Virus record (IMG/VR): IMGVR_UViG_3300046804_000544
Location: 1 to 64,000 of that record
Source of the DNA: a virus
Length of the DNA: 64,000 nt
Direction: 5' to 3' (one strand)
In this document: piece after piece, positions 19,301 through 27,271 of the stretch
Layout of the letters: each line of letters starts with the position of its first letter
Position numbering within the stretch: position 1 is the stretch's first letter
Made by a program: the position numbers and the translations under genes
Notes under the pieces: model-generated
Told to the model about the DNA's origin: nothing
What the model saw: the letters and a program-made list of their open reading frames with translations, nothing else
The model's database searches: none

Positions 19301-19561
19301 AACTGTACTTACTGCCAGTGTCAGTGTAGTAAAACCGTCTCTATGATCTAACAGTGTAGGGTAACTAGCGTTAGAAGTTCTTGAAAAACTTACTGTTGTA
19401 CCAGTATAAGTAACATCTGCAAAATTATACAGAATAGTGTTACGAGTTGTGTTAGTTATTATTAAAAATTGACTAAGATCATACTTACCCGGCATGGTAA
19501 TTGTGCCGGCAAGGGCAGCTCCCGGAGTAAAAACGTATGTGCGTACTTGACTTTTTGCCAT
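16367..19561 (-). CDS. Large virion structural protein (beta-rich, repeated TxTx..HG..GxxITI modules)
   Basis: 1064 aa, Thr/Gly/Ser-rich; HGLTAGQPITI, HGFVPGDTIT and HGCQVGAVIQL repeats; late motifs at 19590-19607. Confidence 0.7.
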   Translation of the reverse strand: MAKSQVRTYVFTPGAALAGTITMPGKYDLSQFLIITNTTRNTILYNFADVTYTGTTVSFSRTSNASYPTLLDHRDGFTTLTLAVSTVSNLSTDQIQIFVEERELVMRPYELGTDAFERQRVAAPKSMLDADFEYGLQPTKWQTVSMMRGYPSVYEVPGTDILVSTVTTDASTLNPGGTGHSLITVTTQSGHGLTAGQPITISGYLNTITGFARAEGTFVINTVPVSPTDITGAPTTFTYYAQAKVGISNGDIISTTYTQLRKAAYYTGSSVGSPVFSYNNGTSPTTVTVTFVGPHGFVPGDTITTTVSTDNGVNNHTLAQGPFFVETVPTLTSLTFTARANGTITGTITGLVYSRPDCFYVHRPFDGGVVLGTSGPSHGAMAVRQSKKYIRYQSGKAVNYNTGALFAPNYDVRAVTSTGTFPGSTITITTDDIDHGCQVGAVIQLIGCTTSGYDGTYTVTGITDERSLTVQAATTLGSTVAGLGAPCYITVRNWYGATVRAGTFDDQNGMFWQYDGQTLAIGRRSSTFQLAGTVTAIPDSNSITGSNTRFTTQLKASDRVVIRGMTHIISQVVSDTQLFVTPDYRGATTVTGVKMVKTVDYIIPQSQWNGDRLDGTNGPFNQSGYLINPTMMQMIGLQWTWYGAGFVDWMLRGPEGKYIFVHRLRGNNLNREAYMRSGNMPVRYEVLNETSNTTTLTADPLIAGTTLSVVDTTFYPPAGTLYVDNEIITYTGKTATSFTGCTRAANFTTFAAGSTRTFSAAAAAAHPVGTSCILIGQTATPSISHWGSAFLSDGGFDEDRGYLFNYQATNISISTQKTTAFAIRLAPSVSNAIIGDLGTRDLINRAQLLLKALAVSAGGSTNVNSAIVIEAILNPSNYPTNLANITWFSLQPSSVSGQPSFSQIALGSTTTFDQSFTLNTTTTGAIVGATTIPVASTSGIRVGDDVFSTSVTNAFAGNTKIISFIANTSITVSSGLITALSATNNIRITRNTYATPGETIFSFINSPNGTDALNLEDLKELTNTPIGGRGTFPNGPDVLFFNVYLTQGTPILCNLILRWGEAQA

Positions 19562-19619
19562 TTATTTGATTCCTCAAACCTTTATTGTTTATTTAGCGTA
19601 TATTTAACAGCCCTAACAT

Positions 19620-21356
19620 TTACACAATTGAGCTCATACCAAAGTACATTAAGGCTAGGCCGCTAAGTTCTGCGTAGCGTTTTGTACTGGCTTGACTTCG
19701 ATTGCTATTCCAACGTTCGTCGGACGTGGTTAAAGTTGCATTTGTAAAGCGGCCTGTTACTGCTGTTGTAGCACCAATTGTTACATTATCAATACTGCCT
19801 GTTGCTGCTGGATTGATTGTTAACACACCGCTAGTCGGACTAAAGTTAATGCTTTGATTAGTAACAGCAGTAATATTTCCTACAAAATTAGTAGTTTGCC
19901 CGTTTGTGCCAAGGGTAAGGGTTCCGTTAGGAGCAACAGTAACAGTTCCGCCAGCTATTGTTGTAGGGCCAACGCCGCCTCCACTGCCGGCTGTTCCTAC
20001 ATTTCCGTAAAAATTTGTACCTATACAATAAGGATAAGCTGGGTTTCCACTACTGTCAACCGTCATAAAATATGCATAAGTACCGTTAGGATAATCTGGA
20101 GTTACACAGTAACGTCCATTTCTGTAGTCTAGATCGCCGCCACCGGTAAACGAATAATCTTGTGTAAAAATACCTAATGGATATGTTGAATTAACTGGCT
20201 GTGCATTAAATCCAGTTCTAGTGGTATTAAGTGTATAACCAGTTAGCATTCTACGAACTGGACTATATCTGTTAGTGGCTGTTCCGTACCCAAACGGCCC
20301 GTATATAGGATATCCGTCTAGTGCATATCCTAAGATTTTACTATGTCCGTCGCTATGAGTTAAACTACCGCCTAGATAAAGTATAAAGTTAGCATCTGCA
20401 ACACCAGTAGTGGCTGTTGCACCAGTTGTATGGCCAACTCCAGAAGTCCATGCAGTAGCAAAACTGTAGTCTGTATAAATGTATTGTCCTGATACAGTTC
20501 GGCCTCCTGCTAGATCGTGATAATAATTGTATCCTAATACAGTAGCAGATCTGTAACTGGCATTATAATTCCATCCTGACAACGGAATACTATAACTTGC
20601 CGGGGCATCATTAGTGGCTGCTGCAAAAATAGCTACACCATTTAGCGCATATCCAATTATTCCTGGAGTTACTAATTGATTTGATCCTGCTACGTTAGTA
20701 CCAGCTCTAAGAATAAAATTAGTATTGTAATTTTGTACTGTTGGAAGATTCAGAGTTGCGCCATAACTGTGATATGGAAATCCTGATGCTTGCAGTGTGT
20801 AACGACCTGTAGCTGCTGTCCAAAAAGATGATTGAGATGGTCTACTACCGCCCAATTGAAAATTAGCAGCGCCTGTATTAAGGTCTACACTACTAACAGT
20901 ACCGCTAGATCCAATCAGCACAGGACCTGTTGGATTAATTCTCATCAATCCCGTAGGAACCATATCAACACTAGCTATACCATTTGATGTAAGTGTTGTA
21001 AATGTTCCCGGCTTTGGTGTAGTTGCACCTATAGCAATATTGTCAAGGGTGCCTGTTGTAGTAGGATTAATGACTGCACTGGTTCCGCCGGTTAAGCTAA
21101 AATTTCCAGTTAAGTTTACAGGACCATTAACAGTTAAACTAGTTAACGTTCCAGGTATGTTAGTAACAGTTGAAGCTAAACTAGTTGCTGTTAGTAACGG
21201 TTGTCCATTATAACTAATGTACGAATTTGCTGTTAGCTCAATACGGTTACCCATAACGGTAACCGTTTTACTCATAAGGTTGCCTTCAACGTCTACAATA
21301 AAATATGGACTGATAAATCCTGTTGACGATCGAAATAATTTAGCAGACGTTCCCAT
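19620..21356 (-). CDS. Fibre-like structural protein with degenerate YHYH domain
   Basis: GYALNGVAIF, HSKILGYALDGYPIYGPFGY, GDLDYRNGRYCVTPDYPNGTYAYF match YHYH-family motifs. Confidence 0.7.
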   Translation of the reverse strand: MGTSAKLFRSSTGFISPYFIVDVEGNLMSKTVTVMGNRIELTANSYISYNGQPLLTATSLASTVTNIPGTLTSLTVNGPVNLTGNFSLTGGTSAVINPTTTGTLDNIAIGATTPKPGTFTTLTSNGIASVDMVPTGLMRINPTGPVLIGSSGTVSSVDLNTGAANFQLGGSRPSQSSFWTAATGRYTLQASGFPYHSYGATLNLPTVQNYNTNFILRAGTNVAGSNQLVTPGIIGYALNGVAIFAAATNDAPASYSIPLSGWNYNASYRSATVLGYNYYHDLAGGRTVSGQYIYTDYSFATAWTSGVGHTTGATATTGVADANFILYLGGSLTHSDGHSKILGYALDGYPIYGPFGYGTATNRYSPVRRMLTGYTLNTTRTGFNAQPVNSTYPLGIFTQDYSFTGGGDLDYRNGRYCVTPDYPNGTYAYFMTVDSSGNPAYPYCIGTNFYGNVGTAGSGGGVGPTTIAGGTVTVAPNGTLTLGTNGQTTNFVGNITAVTNQSINFSPTSGVLTINPAATGSIDNVTIGATTAVTGRFTNATLTTSDERWNSNRSQASTKRYAELSGLALMYFGMSSIV

Positions 21357-21365
21357 ATCTTCTTA

Positions 21366-21893
21366 TTAGCTTAAAGCTACTCCGTATGCAGCAGATAGTG
21401 CAACAGCATATCCTTTAGTTATAGCACTAGAATTGTTAGTTTGTTGTAGGCTAGTAATAGTAACGTTAGTAAATCTACCAGTACTTGGTGTTGTAACGCC
21501 CACAGAAGTATTATCAATAGATCCTGTTGTATTTGGCGATATTGTTACTGTACCACTTCCGCTAGGACTTATTGTTACACTGGCATTATTTGGACTCAGT
21601 GTAACTGTAGAACTATTAGCCGTTAGTGTTGTAAATGTTCCTTGACGTGGGGTAGTTTGTCCTATTAAAGTATTATCCAATGTTCCTGGAGTAGTAGGAT
21701 TTAGTACTGCAAAATTTGTAACATTTAAATTTGCAACAGTAAAACTACTGTTGGTATTGATAGTCAATGTATTTGTAGTTGAGTTAGTTACTAAACTAAT
21801 GCCTCCAGAGCTGGTTAAATTTAGTGTATTACTATTAGAATTTAAATTAATTGTACTTTGTCCAGGTACTGCTATGTAAGTATATCCGTTCAT
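21366..21893 (-). CDS. Short fibre-like structural protein
   Basis: 175 aa, Thr/Ser/Asn-rich, two GxxDNxxIGxTTP repeats. Confidence 0.7.
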   Translation of the reverse strand: MNGYTYIAVPGQSTINLNSNSNTLNLTSSGGISLVTNSTTNTLTINTNSSFTVANLNVTNFAVLNPTTPGTLDNTLIGQTTPRQGTFTTLTANSSTVTLSPNNASVTISPSGSGTVTISPNTTGSIDNTSVGVTTPSTGRFTNVTITSLQQTNNSSAITKGYAVALSAAYGVALS

Positions 21894-22930
21894 TAAATTG
21901 CTCCTTGCAATGCTACCGCTCTGTATTCGCTTGTCCTCAGTAATTGATTATTGTTAGATGAGTTATTATCTAAAGTTAGTGAGGTAAATCTACCAGCTGC
22001 CGGTGTAGTTTGTCCTATTATTACATTGTTAATAGTTCCAGTAACAGTTGGACTTGATGTAAATGTTCCTGTGCCGGTTGGTGAAATAATTACATTTGCG
22101 TTAGTAGGGGTAAAAGTAACAACATTAAGAGCTGTTAATTGTAAAAATCTGCCGGCAGCTGGTGTAGTTTGTCCTATATTGATATTGTCAATTGTATTAC
22201 CTACAGAAGAATTAATTACAATAGAATTAGTAACTGTTAGATAGGGTGTAGCAGTTAAGGCTAGATTTACAGTTTTTGTTGTATTATTGGTAGTAACGGT
22301 AATAGAATTATCAGTGTTTTGAACATTAAGAGTATCCATAATATAGCCAGCTGCTAAATTAGTTTGGGCTGTTGCCGTGATTGTCTTAATATTTGAAACT
22401 ACTATGCCGCCGTCATCGTTAATGTTTAAAAATCCGTCGGGTAAATTTGTATTTTTTAAATTTAATAGTATGCCGTCTTCGCCGCCAGCACTAGAGCTTT
22501 CCCCGTTGACTGTAGGAATTTTAACAGGTTCTATTCTCTCAGCATAGTTTGCTCTGTAAATTAATTTTATACCAGTTAGTAATGTAACACCATCTGACTG
22601 ATATAGTGGGTTTGCAATGAGAGATACTTTTGAGTTATCTACAACTGCTGTAAATCTAACTAGATCTTTACCTAAGTTACTACGCCCGTAAATCTGTATC
22701 GACGCTTGCCCCACCCGAGCAGTTAGTAATATCTTTAAATGCTCGACGTCATTAACACCGTATTCTATAGCCACTTCATAATCTGCACTGGTAAATTCGC
22801 CAACTGGCCATGTATCTACTACAGTATTAGGTGTAATATATACAACAGTGCCGCGATAAGAAAGTCCAGCAGTACTGATAAATTTTATAGTATTGTGGAA
22901 TCCAGTTTTAAAGTAGTCAGAAAAATTCAT
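21893..22930 (-). CDS. Fibre-like structural protein
   Basis: 345 aa, two IxNxxIGQTTPAAGRF repeats; AATAAATA motif upstream at 22951-22958. Confidence 0.7.
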   Translation of the reverse strand: MNFSDYFKTGFHNTIKFISTAGLSYRGTVVYITPNTVVDTWPVGEFTSADYEVAIEYGVNDVEHLKILLTARVGQASIQIYGRSNLGKDLVRFTAVVDNSKVSLIANPLYQSDGVTLLTGIKLIYRANYAERIEPVKIPTVNGESSSAGGEDGILLNLKNTNLPDGFLNINDDGGIVVSNIKTITATAQTNLAAGYIMDTLNVQNTDNSITVTTNNTTKTVNLALTATPYLTVTNSIVINSSVGNTIDNINIGQTTPAAGRFLQLTALNVVTFTPTNANVIISPTGTGTFTSSPTVTGTINNVIIGQTTPAAGRFTSLTLDNNSSNNNQLLRTSEYRAVALQGAI

Positions 22931-22971
22931 GAGTTTTAGCCGTTATTCTTTATTTATTCTAACCAAATGTA

Positions 22972-23000
22972 TTGCTATTTTTGAAAAAAAATGCTAAATT
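22972..23000 (+). promoter_or_regulatory. Sigma70-type extended -10 promoter for the GmhB-like gene
   Basis: TTGCTA, 17 nt, TAAATT preceded by TG; predicted +1 falls at or next to the ATG at 23006. Confidence 0.45.
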
Positions 23001-23005
23001 ACAGT

Positions 23006-23635
23006 ATGAACCTACGCAAACTTTTAGACGAAGAATTAGATCTTTCAGAACTGCAAAAAATACCATTAACTGCTAGTAGCTATACAAAGCCAGTAGTTGG
23101 AATCAGCAGAGATGGTATTATAAATGTTACTAAAATAGATCATGTTAAACATCCTGACGAATTTGAGCCTATTCAGGGGGCCGCTGAAGCTGTAGCTGAA
23201 ATTAGAAAAAAAGGCTACAGAATTATTATTTTATCTAATCAATTTGGCATTAGTGAACAGCGTATGACTCCTGTGCAAGTAGACACAGTAAATCAACGAA
23301 TGTTAGACCTTTTTGGTCAAGCAGGTTGTCCTAGCATTGACGGCATGTACTATAGTACAACTAAAATGAAGGAAGATATTTACGCATTGCCCAACATTGG
23401 CATGTTTCAACGAGCAGAAAGAGAACATAATCTACGATTTAAAGAAGGCTGGTTTGTTGGTGATAAAATCAGCGACATGAAAGGCGCCGAAAACATTGGA
23501 GCAAAACCAATACTAATTAAAACTGGTGCTTGGGAGGAAACTGCTAAAAAGTTAGAAACTTTTGCCAATAGAGATTTGCGTAAAAAAACTAAGATATTTG
23601 ATACGTTGATGGATTTTGCAAAGAGTCTAGAGTAA
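23006..23635 (+). CDS. gmhB-like: GmhB/HisB-like HAD phosphatase homologue with degenerate active site
   Basis: VVGISRDGIIN, FEPIQGAAEA, ILSNQFGI, PNIGMF, FVGDKISDMKGA. Start placed at 23006, not 22991, based on promoter position. Confidence 0.8.
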   Translation: MNLRKLLDEELDLSELQKIPLTASSYTKPVVGISRDGIINVTKIDHVKHPDEFEPIQGAAEAVAEIRKKGYRIIILSNQFGISEQRMTPVQVDTVNQRMLDLFGQAGCPSIDGMYYSTTKMKEDIYALPNIGMFQRAEREHNLRFKEGWFVGDKISDMKGAENIGAKPILIKTGAWEETAKKLETFANRDLRKKTKIFDTLMDFAKSLE

Positions 23636-24431
23636 CTGCTATTTCATCAAGATCAAAATCATAATAAAAATACTCTGTACCAAATCGATTACATTTGACT
23701 TCCCAAATGCCTTTAATACAAACACCGCTTTGCGTTAATGTCGGCCCAGTATAGCTTTCATTGCCTTCCATATCTAAGCAGTTATCTACAACAAAAAAAG
23801 GTAACAATTGCCTAGAGCCTCTTCGAATCCATGATTCTACCCACATAGATTCGATTTCATCATCGGTTGAACTTTTTCCTCTAAGGGCATTAGTTGGGTG
23901 AATAAAAACTTTGGCACCAGCGTGCCAAAGTTTTTCACATAAACCCCCTTGAGAGCTGTTATGCCCATATAGGTCTGCACAAATTACACCCCCTATAGGT
24001 ATAACGTAATTGTCATATGGTAAAAGCACACCAGTTACTGTTTCCCATTCTTTAACTCCTATTTTTACGTCGTACGGAGTTAAGACACATTTATCTATAT
24101 CCCCTATAAATTTACCTTTTTTATCATAACAGCGTATTTGATTATGTATTGTACTTCTATGTTTATTATTGTTAAACCATAAGGTACCTAGGCATAATCC
24201 AACACTTTTTGATCCAGCATACTTAACTACATCTTCTAAACAATTAGATAATTTTTCAGGATCGTCTGCAAATTCTTTTGTGTATCCGCTCAATGCTGCT
24301 TCTGGTGTTACTAGATAATCTACACAATTTTCACTTGCCCAATCTATGGCTTTTTTAATTGTGTTAGTATTCTTTAGAGCATCTGTTGTTACAGGAATTT
24401 GTGCTCCGCCAAATCGTATTGTGCCACTCAT
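23589..24431 (-). CDS. Carbon-nitrogen hydrolase (nitrilase superfamily)
   Basis: Glu-Lys-Cys triad motifs LVTPEAALSGY, DIDKCVLTPYD, GVICADLY. Confidence 0.85.
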   Translation of the reverse strand: MSGTIRFGGAQIPVTTDALKNTNTIKKAIDWASENCVDYLVTPEAALSGYTKEFADDPEKLSNCLEDVVKYAGSKSVGLCLGTLWFNNNKHRSTIHNQIRCYDKKGKFIGDIDKCVLTPYDVKIGVKEWETVTGVLLPYDNYVIPIGGVICADLYGHNSSQGGLCEKLWHAGAKVFIHPTNALRGKSSTDDEIESMWVESWIRRGSRQLLPFFVVDNCLDMEGNESYTGPTLTQSGVCIKGIWEVKCNRFGTEYFYYDFDLDEIAVTLDSLQNPSTYQIS

Positions 24432-24432
24432 A

Positions 24433-26232
24433 TTAATCTTCGTTTAGTTTTCTAATTAGTTTACCGTATTCAGGAAGATACAAATATTCTATTTCACTTC
24501 TAGCTATAGTTTCTACTGCATCAGCTAGTGTTTCAACTAACGGATCTCCGCCTAAGTTAAAACTGGTATTAAACAACACTGGAACATTGGTCTGCTTGTA
24601 AAACTCTTGAATTAAATTGTAAAAATGTTTATTCTGTTCTGCTGTAACTGTTTGAATTCTGCATGTACCGTCAACATGAATAATACTAGGTATTTTTTCT
24701 GCTACACCAGATTGACAATTAACAGCATACATCATACTAGGACTTTCTTCCATGCCTCTAAGATCAAACCATTCATGCACATGCTCTTTTAGAATTGATC
24801 CTGCAAAAGGTCGGAAATATTCACGTCTTTTAACAGTATTGACAAAATCTTTACCGTCTTCGAAAGTAGGATCAAATAAAATACTACGATTGCCTAACGC
24901 TCTTGGGCCGTTTTCACTGCCGCCTTGATACATTGCTACAATATTTTTATTTCGTAATAGGTCTACAATATCTTCATAAGTAGCATCAGCATACTCAGCA
25001 TCATATAAAGCACAAACTTCTTCAATTTGTTCTAATGTGTAGGTATATGTAGGTCCTAAATATAAATTATGTTTAAAGTCAGTGACAGTTGTGTCTTGAG
25101 TTAGGGATCTATGTAGTATCATGGCTGCACCCATAGCTGTACCGGCATCATTACTAATTGGTTCTACATAAAAATTAATGCCTCTCTTGTTTAATTCAGT
25201 GAGATAATAATAATTAGCTACACAATTAAGTCCGTAACCCCCGCTCATAACTACATTGTTGCAACCTGACAATTCTACAGCTTTAATAATTAAATTAAGA
25301 ACTTGTTCTTGAGTTTGAGTTTGTACAGCATACGCTAAATCTCTTCTATTATCGAGCGAAGTTAAATCTTCTGCATTTCGATCTGCTAGATATTCATATA
25401 GCTGTTCGTTAATAACGGCACCATTGGGATATCGTGGAACAATTAAGTTTCTATTTGTTGCTGGTTCGATGCCAGTAGTGTCAAATAGTTTAGGTATACG
25501 ATCATTTGATTTTCCGTAGGGAAATAATCCCATAGTTTTTCCTGCTTCGATAGCAGGAAATCCACAATATTCAGTTACTGCCTCATATGCCTTAACGATG
25601 CCCGCTGTATCAGTAATTCTAGCTATATGAAACCCGTTTTCGCCGTACATATCACTAGGTGTTTTTTTAGCTATTCCGCCTGGCCTTGCTTCTCTAATAC
25701 CAATGTGTTTATATAGCGTTGTAAAATTATCGGGATAGCTGCATTTAAAAATTGTTTCAGTTTCCCAACCTGTTACAGACTCGCCTGCAAAGTTTAAATT
25801 TAAAAATGTACCGGCGCCGTCTACAATTACAGATACTGCTTCTTGGAAACCGCTACGATAAAATGCACAGGCAGCATGTAACTTATGATGAAAATGGCTA
25901 AAATCAATTACTTGAGGATGATTTCTTAAATCAGCTTTGTGATTAATCAACCCAAATTTTCTTGCTAGACCTGTGTAAATATCTTCGCCACTAAAATCAA
26001 CACCACCGCTGGTGTCTTTTGGAGTAGTGTGTGCTATAACAAGATAATCAATCTTTTTAGTATATTCTAAAATTTTAGCAATGCTGGCATAGGGTCCGCC
26101 GTCGTATTTTCGACGAGTAATTCGTTCTTCTTCTATACTAAAGACAATATCACCGTCTTTTAATAAACAAACACCTGCATTGTGTCCTCGGGTAATTCCT
26201 GCAATCCATCCGCTTTTCTTTACGTCAGTCAT
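24433..26232 (-). CDS. Carbamoyltransferase (NodU/CmcH/TobZ family)
   Basis: IEEERITRRKY, HHKLHAACAF, IVDGAG, AGKTMGL, GGYGLNCVAN, NDAGTAMGAA, GPRALGNRSIL, NTSFN. Confidence 0.93.
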   Translation of the reverse strand: MTDVKKSGWIAGITRGHNAGVCLLKDGDIVFSIEEERITRRKYDGGPYASIAKILEYTKKIDYLVIAHTTPKDTSGGVDFSGEDIYTGLARKFGLINHKADLRNHPQVIDFSHFHHKLHAACAFYRSGFQEAVSVIVDGAGTFLNLNFAGESVTGWETETIFKCSYPDNFTTLYKHIGIREARPGGIAKKTPSDMYGENGFHIARITDTAGIVKAYEAVTEYCGFPAIEAGKTMGLFPYGKSNDRIPKLFDTTGIEPATNRNLIVPRYPNGAVINEQLYEYLADRNAEDLTSLDNRRDLAYAVQTQTQEQVLNLIIKAVELSGCNNVVMSGGYGLNCVANYYYLTELNKRGINFYVEPISNDAGTAMGAAMILHRSLTQDTTVTDFKHNLYLGPTYTYTLEQIEEVCALYDAEYADATYEDIVDLLRNKNIVAMYQGGSENGPRALGNRSILFDPTFEDGKDFVNTVKRREYFRPFAGSILKEHVHEWFDLRGMEESPSMMYAVNCQSGVAEKIPSIIHVDGTCRIQTVTAEQNKHFYNLIQEFYKQTNVPVLFNTSFNLGGDPLVETLADAVETIARSEIEYLYLPEYGKLIRKLNED

Positions 26233-27191
26233 TTGAGATCCTTATTTTTTACAAAATTTGTATACAGTTCGGTAATTGAATCTACAATTACATTTTCTAT
26301 TTTATCATTCATGGCCATAATGCCATCATTATTCATATCTGCATATTCGTCTGGGGCTATTCTAATAGGGCTATAAATTCTTACACCTTCTCCCATATCT
26401 AAAACTTTGAAATTTTCACAGCTGGGGTAAGAAACATTAATAGGAAAGGTTGAGCCCATTACAGCTACGGTTGGTTTATTTAGAGCATAAGCAATATGTT
26501 GAGCAACACTATCACAGGTTAAAACAATGTCTACTGATTTAATCAGTCCAGCCCATTGTCTAATAGGAACATTTGGAGGTATTGCCACTGGGTCTTTACA
26601 GCCCAGTGCTTGAAAGTTTAAAGGCAATTCAGTCATAACAATAACTGCAAATTCTTTTTGCAACTTGTTAATCAAACTAATCACGTTTCCAATTTCAAAA
26701 CTACGACCAGATGGATCAGTTACAATGTCGCCTTTCATAGAAACACCACGACCAAATGGTTGAAACAGTAAAGTTTTATTTTTTCCTGTTTTAGATACAA
26801 CATCTTTAATACCAATTTTTCCGTTGGTAATTTCGTCTTGGGTTAATTTAATCGTTGGTCTAGGTAATTCTCTAACACCTTTATTATTAATTTCAATATC
26901 AAAGGCCTGACTTAATGAACATTTTTGATTATAGTATTCCCAGACTCTATACGGTTCAGGAGTGACAATATCCATGTGTACTAATCTATCATGAAATAAA
27001 TTTTTGTGCCAATTATCGTAAGTTTTGTGATGTAGTTTAGGATGTGCTTTAAAAAAATCTGTGCCGCCTTCGCAAATTATAAGAAAATTTTCATCTGGAT
27101 TTTCTTCTTGGTACAGTTCAAGGGCAGGTACTGAGCAAATAACTCTGCCAGCTCCTCCATTGATAAAAAATGCTTTTGCTCGTTTGGTCAT
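26229..27191 (-). CDS. Glycosyltransferase, GT9 (ADP-heptose:LPS heptosyltransferase)-like
   Basis: IRQWAGLIKSVDIVLTCDSVAQHIAYALNKPTVAVMGST matches the GT9 C-terminal signature; N-terminal GGAGRVICSVPAL. Confidence 0.75.
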   Translation of the reverse strand: MTKRAKAFFINGGAGRVICSVPALELYQEENPDENFLIICEGGTDFFKAHPKLHHKTYDNWHKNLFHDRLVHMDIVTPEPYRVWEYYNQKCSLSQAFDIEINNKGVRELPRPTIKLTQDEITNGKIGIKDVVSKTGKNKTLLFQPFGRGVSMKGDIVTDPSGRSFEIGNVISLINKLQKEFAVIVMTELPLNFQALGCKDPVAIPPNVPIRQWAGLIKSVDIVLTCDSVAQHIAYALNKPTVAVMGSTFPINVSYPSCENFKVLDMGEGVRIYSPIRIAPDEYADMNNDGIMAMNDKIENVIVDSITELYTNFVKNKDLK

Positions 27192-27218
27192 GAAAACGCC
27201 TCAACTAATTGTTTACGC

Positions 27219-27247
27219 ATTATATATGCGTTTTATCAATTAGTCAA
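27219..27247 (-). promoter_or_regulatory. Near-consensus sigma70 promoter for the GT9-carbamoyltransferase-hydrolase operon
   Basis: TTGACT (27247-27242), 17 nt, TATAAT (27224-27219); the -10 sits in a CGCAT-N5-ATGCG palindrome. Confidence 0.8.
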
Positions 27248-27271
27248 GGCATTTATTGAGCAAACTTGTAA

